DNA from: an uncultured Candidatus Rokubacteria bacterium
Lineage (GTDB): Bacteria > Methylomirabilota > Methylomirabilia > Rokubacteriales > DASRDR01
DNA length: 64,000 nucleotides
Direction of reading: 5' to 3'
Assembly (NCBI GenBank): GCA_963826115.1
Contig: CAWGVS010000005.1
Coordinates: forward strand, 1,984,001-2,048,000
Part shown: positions 29,724-40,082 of the stretch, in pieces
How the letters are laid out: every line of letters starts with the position of its first letter
Position numbering within the stretch: the stretch's first letter is position 1
The notes under the pieces: generated by a model
What the model saw: the letters and a program-made list of their open reading frames with translations, nothing else
Databases searched by the model: none
What the model was told of the DNA's origin: nothing
Position numbers and translations under genes: made by a program

Positions 29724-31571
29724 ATGGTGGATGCCAAGGCCGCCGATCAGGCGCTCCAGACCTACGTCCGGCCGCAGACCTTCCCGGTGGCGATCCGGAT
29801 GCTGCGGCCCGGCGAGCCCGTTCCGGAGCGGGCGCGGCGGCCGGCGCGTGATTTCGGCAAACTCTCGATGAACTGCCAGGTCATCGACATGGCCCGGCGC
29901 TACGGCTGGACCATCGCGCTCACCCGCGACGACAGCATCTGCTCCCTCGGCATCACCGCCCTCGGATTCGACCGCCCCACCCACCTGTACAACTCGGGCA
30001 CGCTGTGCGAAGGCATGTACACGGCGACCAAGGAGGCGGGGGCACGCTCGGAGGCGGCCGTCGACAAGTTCCTTCCCGGCGAGTATCACGCGCTTCTGGT
30101 GGGGCCGCTCGATCGGGCGACCTTCGAGCCCGACGTGGTCGTCGTCTACGCGACCCCGGCCCAGGTGATGCGCCTCACCCAGGCCGCCCTCTGGAAGAGC
30201 GGCGGCCGGCTCGCCTCGTCCTTTCAGGGCCGGATCGTCTGCTCCGACATCATCGTGACCACGATGCAGACGGGGCTACCCCAGGTGATCCTCCCCTGCT
30301 CGGGCGACCGGATCTTCGGGCAGACCCAGGACCACGAGATGGCCTTCGCGATCCCGTGGGCGAAGATGCCGGAGATCATCGAGGGGCTCGAGGGCACCCA
30401 CCGGGGCGGCATCCGCTACCCGATCACGCAGTTCATGGAGTACGAGGCCAAGATGCCCCCGAAGTACATGGAGGTGAACCGCCTCTGGGACGCGGAGCGC
30501 GGCAAGGGCGCGTACACGGGCCGCGACCACGTGGTGGCCGCCTACAAGCGAAGCTTCACCGACCGCGTGCCGGTCTACCCGATCGTCGCGTCCTTCGCCG
30601 GCACGCTGGACGGCCTCTCGATCGAGGAGTACTGCACCAACCCGTCGAAGGCCATCAAGGCGATGCTCAACTACTACGACCGCTACCAGCCGGACGTGGT
30701 GCTGGCCTACAACGACCTCGCCAAGGAGGCGGAGGCCACGGGCTGCGGCGTCAAGTACTCGGACTACGTCGTGCCGTCCATCGAGAGCCACATTCTCCAG
30801 GAAGACAAGGGCGCGCTCGCGCGGCTGGAGATCCCCGACCCCCGGAAGGACGGGCGCCTGCCCGGGTTCCTGGAGCTCTGCGAGGGCCTGGTCGCGGCCA
30901 AGTTGCCGACGGCCGTCGGCGCCGTCGCGGTCGGGCCGTGGACCATCGCGATGCTCATGCGGAACCCCGAGGTGATGCTGCTCGACACATTCGAGGACCC
31001 CGAGTTCATCCACGACCTCATGCGGTTCACCACGGAGTACAGCAAGCGCTGGGGGGACGCGATCGTCAAGACGAAGATCGGGCTCTCGTTCTCCGAGCCG
31101 ACCGCGTCGATCAGCCTGATCTCCCCGGACAACTACCGGGAGTTCATCGCGCCGTACCACAAGGAGCTGGTGGAGTACTTCAAGGCGAAGAAGGTCGGCC
31201 TCACGACCCACATCTGCGGGACCACCTACCCGATCTACGAGGACCTGATCGCGTGCGGATTCGCGACCATCTCCTTCGACCTCGACCAGCAGGCCGATCC
31301 CAAGCTCCACGTGGACCAGCTCTCGCGGTTCATGGACGTGGCGCGCGGCCGCGCGGTCGGGATCGGGAACGTCGACGCCACGCTGTTCGAGCGCGCCACC
31401 CGAGCCGAGATCGAGGCTGAGGTCCGCCGATGCGTCGACACCGCCGCCCGCCATTCCGGCTTCATCCTGTCGACCTCCTGCGAGATTCCGCCACGCTCCA
31501 AGCCGGAGATCGTCCAGTGGTTCATGGATGCCACGCGGGAATATGGGCGCTACGAACGCTTCATGAGCTGA
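29724..31571 (+). CDS. DUF169 domain fused to a URO-D/MtaA-CmuA (methylcobamide:thiol methyltransferase-like) domain
   Basis: N-half has PVAI, NCQ, CSLG, CSD and PCSGDR. C-half has DRVPVYP, GPWT, HICG, GNVD and LSTSCEIP. No HemE RQAGR motif. Confidence 0.8.
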   Translation: MVDAKAADQALQTYVRPQTFPVAIRMLRPGEPVPERARRPARDFGKLSMNCQVIDMARRYGWTIALTRDDSICSLGITALGFDRPTHLYNSGTLCEGMYTATKEAGARSEAAVDKFLPGEYHALLVGPLDRATFEPDVVVVYATPAQVMRLTQAALWKSGGRLASSFQGRIVCSDIIVTTMQTGLPQVILPCSGDRIFGQTQDHEMAFAIPWAKMPEIIEGLEGTHRGGIRYPITQFMEYEAKMPPKYMEVNRLWDAERGKGAYTGRDHVVAAYKRSFTDRVPVYPIVASFAGTLDGLSIEEYCTNPSKAIKAMLNYYDRYQPDVVLAYNDLAKEAEATGCGVKYSDYVVPSIESHILQEDKGALARLEIPDPRKDGRLPGFLELCEGLVAAKLPTAVGAVAVGPWTIAMLMRNPEVMLLDTFEDPEFIHDLMRFTTEYSKRWGDAIVKTKIGLSFSEPTASISLISPDNYREFIAPYHKELVEYFKAKKVGLTTHICGTTYPIYEDLIACGFATISFDLDQQADPKLHVDQLSRFMDVARGRAVGIGNVDATLFERATRAEIEAEVRRCVDTAARHSGFILSTSCEIPPRSKPEIVQWFMDATREYGRYERFMS

Positions 31572-31761
31572 CGCTCCCGATCCTCCTGCTCCTGGTCGGA
31601 ATCAGCGGCGCTGACGCCCAGGACTGGAGCGGAGCGTCGCCGCGGGGAGGGCGCCAGCTCACGCTCGCGGACGGGCATGCGCACCAGGCGGGCTGGCCTG
31701 CCGACGTGGTTGACCTCGGTATCGAGCACACCTAGACCTCACAGCCATGGAGGTACTTCCC

Positions 31762-33360
31762 ATGCGACTCAGATCACCGTTTCTCGCCGCCGTCGTCCTG
31801 ATCGGACTGGCCGCCGCTCCCGCCGTCGCCCAGCAGCACGCGGGCCACGAAAAGCTCGGCCAGGTCAACTTCGCCAATACCTGCAGCCCCGCGGTCCAGG
31901 CGGACCTGAACCGCGCCGTCGCCCTCCTCCACTCGTTCTGGTGGAGCGTCACCGCCAAGGCGTTCAACGAGGTCGCGCAGAAGGACCCATCCTGCGGGAT
32001 TGCCCATTGGGGTGTCGCCATGGCGGCCCTCGAGAATCCCTTCACCTGGCCCCCGAACGCGAAGATGCTGACCGACGGTGCCGCCGCCGTGGGGCGGGCG
32101 CGGGCGGCGGGGGCGAAGAGCCAGCGCGAGCTCGATTACATCGCCGCGATCGAGGTCTTCTACAAGGACTACGACAAGGTCGAGCATCGACCCCGCGCGG
32201 TGGCCTACGAGAAGGCGATGGAGCAGCTCTCGGCGCGGTACCCGGACGACCGCGAGGCGGCGATCTTCTACGCCCTCGCTCTCAACGCGACCGCGCAGGT
32301 GACCGACAAGACCTACGCCCAGCAGCTCAAGGCGGCGGGGATTCTCGAGGCGGCGTTCCGAGAGCAGCCCGATCACCCGGGCGTCGCGCACTACTTGATC
32401 CACAGCTACGACTACCCGGCGATCGCGGACAAGGGGCTCGGAGCGGCCCGGCGCTACGCGACGATCGCTCCCTCGGCGTCGCACGCGCAGCACATGCCCT
32501 CCCACATCTTCACCCGGCGCGGGCTCTGGGAAGATTCGATCAAGTCGAACATGGTCTCGGCGACCGTTTCCGACAACGACTTCGACCGCTACCACGCGTG
32601 GGACTACCTCGCCTACGGCTACCTCCAGCTCGGGCAGGACCGAGCGGCCCGCGGCGTGCTCGACCAGATTCTCTCGATCGAGAAGCCGAACGTCACAAAC
32701 TTCCCGGTGGCCTTCGCGCTGGCAGCGATCCCGTCGCGCTACGCCCTCGAGCGGGGGCTGTGGGCGGACGCCGCGTCACTGTCCCTGCGCCCGGCGGACT
32801 TCCCGTGGGCGCGATTCCCGCAGAGCGAGGCGATCCTCATCTTCGGCCGAGGGCTCGGGGCGGCGCGGAGCGGGAATCTCGTCCAGGCGAAGGAGGACCA
32901 GGCACGGCTCGCGGCGCTCCGTGATGCCTTGCTGGCGGCAAAGGTCGGCTACTGGGCCGACCAGGTCGACATCCAGCGACTCTTGGTGGCCGGCTGGATC
33001 GCCCGGGCGGAGGGTCGCAACGACGACGCGCTGCAACTCCTCCGCGCGGCGGCGGACCGGGAAGACGCCACGGAAAAGCATCCCGTGACGCCGGGGCCGA
33101 TCGTGCCCGCGCGGGAGCTCCTCGGCGAGCTCCTCCTCGACCTCGGCCGGCCGGCCGAGGCCCTGCGCGAGTTCGAGGCGTCCCAGCAGCGAGAACCGAA
33201 CCGTCTCCGAGCCTACTACGGCGCGGCACGCGCCGCGGAGCTGTCGGGCGACACCGCGAAGGCCAAGCTCCAGTACGGCCAGCTGGTGACGCTCGCCGCG
33301 CAGGCGGACAGCGAGCGGCCGGAGGTCACGCGAGCCAAGGCGTTCCTCGCGAAGCCCTAG
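31762..33360 (+). CDS. Secreted TPR-like alpha-helical protein
   Basis: Signal peptide; LGQVNF.NTC, ALLHSFW, HPGVAHYLIH and HAQHMPSHIF. Confidence 0.8.
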   Translation: MRLRSPFLAAVVLIGLAAAPAVAQQHAGHEKLGQVNFANTCSPAVQADLNRAVALLHSFWWSVTAKAFNEVAQKDPSCGIAHWGVAMAALENPFTWPPNAKMLTDGAAAVGRARAAGAKSQRELDYIAAIEVFYKDYDKVEHRPRAVAYEKAMEQLSARYPDDREAAIFYALALNATAQVTDKTYAQQLKAAGILEAAFREQPDHPGVAHYLIHSYDYPAIADKGLGAARRYATIAPSASHAQHMPSHIFTRRGLWEDSIKSNMVSATVSDNDFDRYHAWDYLAYGYLQLGQDRAARGVLDQILSIEKPNVTNFPVAFALAAIPSRYALERGLWADAASLSLRPADFPWARFPQSEAILIFGRGLGAARSGNLVQAKEDQARLAALRDALLAAKVGYWADQVDIQRLLVAGWIARAEGRNDDALQLLRAAADREDATEKHPVTPGPIVPARELLGELLLDLGRPAEALREFEASQQREPNRLRAYYGAARAAELSGDTAKAKLQYGQLVTLAAQADSERPEVTRAKAFLAKP

Positions 33361-33418
33361 GGAGCCGGAAGGCCGGCGAGCCGGCACCTGCGGTCAGGCG
33401 CCGGGCGGAGAGCTGATG

Positions 33419-33456
33419 CGACGACGGCGCAGGGCATGGACCCTGCGCCGTCGTCG
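33419..33456. terminator. Long hairpin between convergent genes
   Basis: CGACGACGGCGCAGGG-catgga-CCCTGCGCCGTCGTCG, a 16-bp stem. Confidence 0.65.
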
Positions 33457-33522
33457 TCTACCTGACCAGCGCGGACACGCCCCGAAGGGCTGCGCCGCGG
33501 TCACGACCAGTGGTCGTGGACG

Positions 33523-33894
33523 CTACCAGCGGGGCGTGCGGCGCGGACCGCCGCCATAACCGCCGGCACCGCCACCACCGAACCCGCCGCCCGACCGCGA
33601 GCCACCCGGACGCCCGCCGCCGGGACGCCCGCCGCCGCCGCCAGCTCCCTGGGGGTTCGCGACGTTTACCGTGAGGCGCCGCCCTTCGAAGGGCTTGTCG
33701 TTCAGCTTCGAGATGGCAGCCTGACCATCGGCCTCGGTCGCCATTTCGACGAACCCGAAGCCGCGAGACTGGCCGGTCGCCCGGTCGGTAATCACCGTGG
33801 CGGATTCGACCGTCCCGCACTGGGCGAAGTACTCCCGAAGACTCTCGGACGTGGTGGAATAGGACAGGCCGCCGACGAACAGCTTGGTCGCCAC
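33523..33894 (-). CDS. RRM RNA-binding protein with Gly-rich tail
   Basis: RNP2 KLFVGGL and RNP1 RGFGFVEM; AAGGAGG RBS before GTG. Confidence 0.95.
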   Translation of the reverse strand: MATKLFVGGLSYSTTSESLREYFAQCGTVESATVITDRATGQSRGFGFVEMATEADGQAAISKLNDKPFEGRRLTVNVANPQGAGGGGGRPGGGRPGGSRSGGGFGGGGAGGYGGGPRRTPRW

Positions 33895-34104
33895 AGGGGC
33901 GCCTCCTTCGGAGCCCCGGGCCCTATGGATGCCCGGAGCCATCACTCTTCCGCACTTCTCTCTGCGCCCCTGACATGCGGAAGAGTGGCCTATCGGAGGC
34001 GAGGTCCACGCCCGAATGGCGCGGCACGTCAGAACCAGTCTAGCACGGAGCAATCCCCTCTCGGTGGGGCGGATGAAAGGGGGGCGGCGGCCAGTCCGAG
34101 CCGC

Positions 34105-35463
34105 TCAGATTGGGTCGGCGGGGGCCATCGTGAATCCGATCGCCTCTTCGGCCCAGCGGGCCGCGGCCAGGAGCCGCGCCTCCTCGAATGACCCCCCGAT
34201 GAGTTGAGTGCCCAGCGGAAGCCCGTCGGACGCGAGGCCGGTCGGCAGTGACACCGTGGGTACCCCAAGCCCCGTCCAGGGGCCATTGAATGCGGCGTCG
34301 CCGGTCGTTCCTCGGTCGGGAGCCGGTCCCAGGGCCGACGGCATGACGAGTGCGTCGTAGCGGGCAAGGAGCGGGGCCAGATCCTGGCGGGCCTGCCGCC
34401 GGATCCGCTGGGCACGGAGGTAGACGTCGGCCGGAATGCACTGCCCGAGCTCGATTCCGGCGCGAATTCGGGGACGATAGGCGTCTGCATGCCTTCGGTG
34501 CAAGTCCGCATGCGCCGCGCCGGCTTCTGCTCGAGAGACCGTGATGACGGCCGAGTAGAGTGCGCCGACGAGCGACGGGAGCCGAACGGGCTCCACGTGC
34601 GCCCCGCGCGCTTCGAGCCTCCGCGCGACCTCGCCCAGATGGGCCCGGGCCTCCGGCGTCGCGCGCGCCAGGAAGGGCTCCCCGATCAGGCCGAAGCGCG
34701 GAGAACGCGCCGGCGGGGCGGCCACGAGCGCCGCCACGTCGGGAGGCGGCGCGATCGCCGAGCCAGGGTCCGCGGGATCGTGTCCGGCAACGACCGACAT
34801 GACCAGGGCGGCGTCCGCCACCGAGCGCGCGAAGACGCCCACGTGGTCGAGCGACCACGCGAGCGGGACGACGCCGCGCCGGCTCACGCGGCCGTACGTC
34901 GGCTTCAACCCGACCACACCGCAGAAGGCCGCAGGCCTCAGCACGGAGCCGACGGTCTGGGACCCGAGAGCCGCGGGAACCATCCGGGCCGCAACCGCGG
35001 CGGCCGAACCCGCGGACGAGCCACCGGGTGTCCGGTCCGCGTGCCACGGATTCCGCGTCACCGCGGGATCGCTGAACGCGAACTCGGTCGTCTGGAGCTT
35101 GCCCAGGATCACGGCGCCGGCCGCCCGGAGGCGCGCCACGCACGGCGCGTCCTCGCGGGGAGCGGTGTCGGCGAAGCCGCGAGCCCCCGCAGTCGTCTTG
35201 AGCCCGGCCGCGTGGATGATGTCCTTCAGGCCCACGGGGACGCCGTGGAGCGGGCCGCGCAGCCGACCCTCTCGCGCCTCGACGTCCAGGCGCCGGGCGG
35301 TCTCGAGGGCACCCGATCGATCGACCGCGACCCAGGCCTGGACCTGCTCCTCGCAGACGTCGATGCGGCCCAGGCAGGCCTCGACCAGATCGACGGCCGA
35401 CAGCCGGCCCTGGCGGATCGCCGCCGCGGCGTCGACGACCGACAGCTCGAAGGGCGCCGTCAT
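34105..35463 (-). CDS. Amidase signature family protein
   Basis: GPLHGVPVGLKD, TPGGSSAGS and GSQTVGSVLRPA. Confidence 0.93.
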   Translation of the reverse strand: MTAPFELSVVDAAAAIRQGRLSAVDLVEACLGRIDVCEEQVQAWVAVDRSGALETARRLDVEAREGRLRGPLHGVPVGLKDIIHAAGLKTTAGARGFADTAPREDAPCVARLRAAGAVILGKLQTTEFAFSDPAVTRNPWHADRTPGGSSAGSAAAVAARMVPAALGSQTVGSVLRPAAFCGVVGLKPTYGRVSRRGVVPLAWSLDHVGVFARSVADAALVMSVVAGHDPADPGSAIAPPPDVAALVAAPPARSPRFGLIGEPFLARATPEARAHLGEVARRLEARGAHVEPVRLPSLVGALYSAVITVSRAEAGAAHADLHRRHADAYRPRIRAGIELGQCIPADVYLRAQRIRRQARQDLAPLLARYDALVMPSALGPAPDRGTTGDAAFNGPWTGLGVPTVSLPTGLASDGLPLGTQLIGGSFEEARLLAAARWAEEAIGFTMAPADPI

Positions 35464-35654
35464 CGGCCATCTCCCTCGAGGAGGAAGAACCCGGGCTCGG
35501 TCTCGGCGGGAAGCTCGGCCGCGGCGACCTCGGCCAGATCCGACGCCAGCGCCTCGATCTCGCGGCCGAGCGCCGATGCGCGGCCAGGACCGAACCGCCG
35601 AGTCACCTCCGCGGTGAGAAGCAGCCGCATCGCCTCCCGTCCATGCTCGTGCAT
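35460..35654 (-). CDS. Small GatC/AtzG-like putative amidase partner
   Basis: 64 aa ending AELPAETEPGFF; its stop overlaps the amidase ATG; GGAGG RBS. Confidence 0.55.
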   Translation of the reverse strand: MHEHGREAMRLLLTAEVTRRFGPGRASALGREIEALASDLAEVAAAELPAETEPGFFLLEGDGR

Positions 35655-35792
35655 TCGCTGGCCTCCGGAGGAATGGGTTCGCCGCCTCGCGGCTCTCTCG
35701 CTATCACCGGTCGTGGAGGGCGTCAAGGCGGGTCGCGGTTGACAGGGTACGGAAGGCTCGGCGACGATGCCTCCACACTCCGAGGAGGATCG

Positions 35793-37352
35793 ATGACCGA
35801 GCGATTCGACGTGGTCGTGGTCGGCGGTGGGCACAATGGCCTGGTTGCCGCCACCTACCTCGCCCGCGGCGGGCTGAAGGTACTGGTGCTGGAGCGCCGG
35901 CCGATCGTCGGCGGAGCCTGCGTGACCGAGGAGCTGTTCCCGGGCTACCGGCTCTCGTCCTGCTCGTACATCTGTCACCTGCTCCAGGAGCAGGTGATCC
36001 GGGACCTCGACCTCCCGCGGCACGGCTTCAAGGTATTCCCGCTCGAGCCGGCTCGCTTCCACCCGTTCCCGGACGGGCGCCACCTCGTCGTGTGGGAGGA
36101 CGTCGGCCGCACGGCGGCGGAGATCGAGCGCTACTCGAAGCGGGACGCCGCGGCCTATCCACGCTGGATCGCGCTCTGGGAGCGGGCGGCGGCTCTGCTC
36201 CACCCCTACTTCCTCGCTCCGGCGCCCACATATGCGGAGCTGGCGGCTCGGGTCCAGGGCACGCCCGACGAGGAGATCTTCGAGACGCTCCTGACCCGGC
36301 CCATGTGGGACCTCGCCCACGAGTACTTCGAGTCGGACGTGATGCGCGCCCATGCCTTGAACGCGCAGGACCTGGGCGACCCGCGGGCGCCCGGCAGCGC
36401 GCTCATCTACGCCTACATCCGGGTGAACCTTCGCTCGGCGCCCGACACGGTGGGGATCGTCAAGGGCGGCATGGGCGCCATCACCCAGGCCATGGCGGGC
36501 GCGGCCAGGGAGGCCGGGGTCACGATCCGGACCGGTGTCGAGGTCGCCCGGGTCGACGTGCGGAACGGCCGCGCGGCCGGGGTCGTCCTCGCCGACGGCG
36601 GGCACGTCGCGGCGGACGCCGTCGTCTCGAACGCCGATCCGAAGCGCACGTTCCTCCGGCTGGTCCCCCCGGACGCGCTCCCCGCCGACTTTCGGGGGCA
36701 GATTGCCGCCCTCTCGACCCGGGCGGCGTACTTCAAGTTCCATGCGGCGCTCAGCGAGCTGCCCGACTTCTCCGCCTACCTCGGACCCGGGTTCGATCCC
36801 CGGTACCTGGCACAGGTGAAGATCTGCCCGTCGGTGGAAGGATTCCTCGCCGCCTGGCAGGACGCCCAGGCAGGCCGGCTGCCTCGCGCCCCGCTGATGG
36901 AAGTGCAGATCCCGACGGTGTACGACGATTCGATGGCGCCGCCCGGCCACCACGTCGTCTCCATCTGGGCGCTCTGGGCGCCGGTGCGTCCGGCCGAAGG
37001 CACCTGGGACACGCGCCGCAAGGAGATGGGCGAGCGGATGATCGATCTGCTCACGGAGTACGCGCCCAACTTCCGCCGAGCGCTCGTGGACTGGATGCTT
37101 CTCACCCCGCCGGACATCGAGGCGCGGGTCGGTCTCACGGACGGGAACATCCGCCATCTCGACCTGGTGCCCGCGCAGATGCTCGGCCGCCGCCCCCTGC
37201 CCGGCTGGGCCCACTACCGCACCCCGATCACCGGCCTCTACCTGTGCGGCGCGGGCACCCACCCGGGAGGCGAGGTCACCGGTGCCCCGGGGCACAACGC
37301 CGCGCGCGCGATCCTCAAGGACCTGCTGAGGGACGTGGCCGCTGGCGACTGA
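35793..37352 (+). CDS. Phytoene-dehydrogenase-like FAD oxidoreductase (PYROXD2-like)
   Basis: GGGHNGL, GGACVTEE, GGMG and YLCGAGTHPGGEVTGAPGHNAA. Confidence 0.9.
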   Translation: MTERFDVVVVGGGHNGLVAATYLARGGLKVLVLERRPIVGGACVTEELFPGYRLSSCSYICHLLQEQVIRDLDLPRHGFKVFPLEPARFHPFPDGRHLVVWEDVGRTAAEIERYSKRDAAAYPRWIALWERAAALLHPYFLAPAPTYAELAARVQGTPDEEIFETLLTRPMWDLAHEYFESDVMRAHALNAQDLGDPRAPGSALIYAYIRVNLRSAPDTVGIVKGGMGAITQAMAGAAREAGVTIRTGVEVARVDVRNGRAAGVVLADGGHVAADAVVSNADPKRTFLRLVPPDALPADFRGQIAALSTRAAYFKFHAALSELPDFSAYLGPGFDPRYLAQVKICPSVEGFLAAWQDAQAGRLPRAPLMEVQIPTVYDDSMAPPGHHVVSIWALWAPVRPAEGTWDTRRKEMGERMIDLLTEYAPNFRRALVDWMLLTPPDIEARVGLTDGNIRHLDLVPAQMLGRRPLPGWAHYRTPITGLYLCGAGTHPGGEVTGAPGHNAARAILKDLLRDVAAGD

Positions 37353-37400
37353 CCCGCGCGGCGGCCGGGACCGCCCGCCGCCGAGCCGCCGTCCGTCGGG

Positions 37401-39767
37401 TCAGCCCGTCTCGCCCGAGCGGCGCCGGGACCTGGCGTAGAGGAAGGACGCGATCAGCAGGGCCGCGCCGAGTATCAGGACCGACAGGATGCGGTAGAGC
37501 GCGTCGAGGCCCGCCAGATCGACGGTGAGCACCTTCAGCACCGTGACGCCGAAGAGCAGGATCGCGCCGATCCTGAGCGGCACCAGGTCGCGCCAGAGTC
37601 CCCAGGCCATCGCCGTGAAGGCGTACACCGCCCACAGCACCGAGAGCGCGGCGCTGCGGAGCTTCGCGGGATCGAAGCGGGTCTCGGGCAAGGGCACCAG
37701 CACGACCTCGACGCTCAGGTTCCAGAGAAGCAGGAGGGCCGCCCCGATCGAGCCGACCGCGGCCAGCCGCTGGCGGGTGCGATGCCCCAGGTACGACAAG
37801 GTCTCGGCCACCTGGCCGTAGAGCCAGATGAGCACCACGAGGAGACAGCCGGCCAGGAAGCGCGGGTTGCCGATCGCCGGCCGGAGGGAGGGCTGGATCC
37901 GGGCCCAGCGATCCGTGCCGCCGAGGGCTTCTCCGACGAGCGCGAGCAGCAGGAGGGTCGCCACGCCGAGCAGGACGCGCGTCCCGTCACCGCGAGCCAG
38001 GGCCAGCAGCACCATCGTGGCCAGCATCCAGACGACGGACTTCACCACGGGGACGTACGGCGGCGGGATGGCGAGCGTGCGGAACTGGCCGAGCTCCACG
38101 GTCAGGAGAAGGGCCGCGCTCCCGACCGAGACCAGGAGCAGGACCGGGTGCGCGAAGCGCTCCCACCGACCGAGGGTCGCGGCACTGCGCTCGCGCGCCC
38201 GGTAGGCCAGTGCGCCGATCACCGCGGTCGCCACGACGGCGAGGGTGGCCGGCAGCGCCGGGTGCGCGATCAGGAATGTCCCCGCCCCGCCGGCATTCTC
38301 CCCGAGCGCCTCGAACCACCGCCCCCACGCGAGGACGCTGATCGCGAGACCACCCGCGCGTAGCCCCGGCGCGTCGAGGGCAAAGCCGCCCAGCAGGAGC
38401 ACCAACCCCTCCACGCACCAGGCGATCACCAGGTCGTGCCGCCCGAGGGTCACCGCGGGCGCCAGCATCAGGAAGGCCAGCGCGAGCGCGCGGTTGAGCA
38501 GCGCGACACGCGGGCCACCACCCGCGCTCCGGCTCGCCACCCGCGCCGCCACGAGGTAGGCCCCCGCAAGCGCCAGCGCCAGAAGGGCCAGGCGACGCCC
38601 CGACGGGTCGTCCAGCACGCGGCGCGCGGCCGCGAAGTAGAGCGCCGGCGCTCCGAGAATGACCAGCGCCCGACCGAGCCGGAGGGCGCCCGCGGAGCCC
38701 CTGCTCGCGGGCCCGGCGAGCGACCAGGCGGCGAAGGCGAGGAAGAACCCCGTCGCCCAGCCAAGACCGACGGGGAGTCGAGCGGTCTGGTACCAGCGGT
38801 CGAGCCAGCTCCAATAGAGGAACTGTGTGCCCGCGAACGCGAGCAGCCCGAGGCCCAGCCACCCTCGTCGGGACGCAACGACGAGCACACCCAGATCGAG
38901 AAGTGCGAGGTACGTGAAGAGCGCCGCGGCGGCGTCGTTGTCAGTGTTGAGGATGATCGGCGTCAGGAGCCCGCCCAGGGTCGCGAGAACCGCGAGGGCG
39001 CGGGAGTCCAGGCGGAGCGCCGTCGCGAAGCCCACGGCGGTCACGAGGGCCATGGCCACGAAGGCAGCCGGGGCCCCCACGAGCGCGTAGAAGGCGTGGG
39101 CGGCGTAGAGAGAGAGGTAGCTGACCCCGATCCCGACCGCCACGAGACTCTGGGCCGGCACACGGTAGGTCGCGCCACCGGCAAGTCTGACGCCGCCGGC
39201 CGTCATCGCGACGCCTGCCACGAGCCCCGTCAGAACGCGACCTCTTGGCCCGATCCACTCCTGATCGAAGGCGTGCTTGAGGAAGAAGCCCACGCCAAGG
39301 AAGAAGAGGATCGCTCCGACGCGCGAGAGCCAGGTGCCGCCGAGCCGACCCTCCCACTGACCCACGCCGGCAACGGGCGCTGGCTCCGGCGCGGGCGATG
39401 GAGCGGGAGGCGCCGGGGCGGCCGGCGCACCGTCCGTCCCGAGGTCTCCCGCCACGGCTTCCGGAGCCGGGATCCCGGCGCCCACTTCGGCCGGGCCGGC
39501 TTCGAGGCCGGGGAGAGTCTCCTGCGCGTCGAGAACGGGCGATGTCGACAGGAGAGGCTCACCCGGTGCGACCGCGCCGACCACCGGCGGAACAGAGCCG
39601 GCATGCGACGCCGCCGGGCGCTGCTCCAGGTCGGCCAGGCGAGCCTCCAGCCGGCGGACCCGGCTCCTCAAGCTCAGGAGCACGAGAATGAGGACGAGAA
39701 CGATGATCGGGGTCGCGAAGAAGAGAAGGCCGAGCGCGACCAGCGGCACGACCGGCAGCCCAGTCAT
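37401..39767 (-). CDS. DUF2339 multi-TM membrane protein
   Basis: WEGRLGGTWLSRVG..FFLKHAFDQEWIGP; C-terminal KVLTVDL..RILS. Confidence 0.85.
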   Translation of the reverse strand: MTGLPVVPLVALGLLFFATPIIVLVLILVLLSLRSRVRRLEARLADLEQRPAASHAGSVPPVVGAVAPGEPLLSTSPVLDAQETLPGLEAGPAEVGAGIPAPEAVAGDLGTDGAPAAPAPPAPSPAPEPAPVAGVGQWEGRLGGTWLSRVGAILFFLGVGFFLKHAFDQEWIGPRGRVLTGLVAGVAMTAGGVRLAGGATYRVPAQSLVAVGIGVSYLSLYAAHAFYALVGAPAAFVAMALVTAVGFATALRLDSRALAVLATLGGLLTPIILNTDNDAAAALFTYLALLDLGVLVVASRRGWLGLGLLAFAGTQFLYWSWLDRWYQTARLPVGLGWATGFFLAFAAWSLAGPASRGSAGALRLGRALVILGAPALYFAAARRVLDDPSGRRLALLALALAGAYLVAARVASRSAGGGPRVALLNRALALAFLMLAPAVTLGRHDLVIAWCVEGLVLLLGGFALDAPGLRAGGLAISVLAWGRWFEALGENAGGAGTFLIAHPALPATLAVVATAVIGALAYRARERSAATLGRWERFAHPVLLLVSVGSAALLLTVELGQFRTLAIPPPYVPVVKSVVWMLATMVLLALARGDGTRVLLGVATLLLLALVGEALGGTDRWARIQPSLRPAIGNPRFLAGCLLVVLIWLYGQVAETLSYLGHRTRQRLAAVGSIGAALLLLWNLSVEVVLVPLPETRFDPAKLRSAALSVLWAVYAFTAMAWGLWRDLVPLRIGAILLFGVTVLKVLTVDLAGLDALYRILSVLILGAALLIASFLYARSRRRSGETG

Positions 39768-40082
39768 ATCTTGGCTGTCATCATAGCCCCGGAACGGCAG
39801 CGTGCCACGAAGCCTCGAACTTCAGGCCGGACCGGGGGCGGGCTGCGACGGCGGCGCCGTTCCTGGGCGGCGCGGCCACGCCTTCGGCCGGCACCGGCGT
39901 GGTACCGAGGCTGGCGCCCGCGCGCCGCCATCGCCTAGTCCGCGATCACACCTGAACGCGAGACGGCGGCCCGCATTGCCAACGACACGCTTGGAAGGCC
40001 CACAATTCGCGGCCGGGATTCTCGGTGGCGTCGCGCGGAGCAGGGGCGTCGAGCGGCGAGGGGGCGATGACGTCCGGATCGG

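Noticed and set aside
31572-31746. Signal-peptide-like text (TLPILLLLVGISGADAQ) in the spacer
   Set aside because: No convincing start codon or RBS. At most a small remnant.
33523-33660. GGC-rich low-complexity repeats
   Set aside because: They encode the ordinary Gly-rich tail of the RRM protein.
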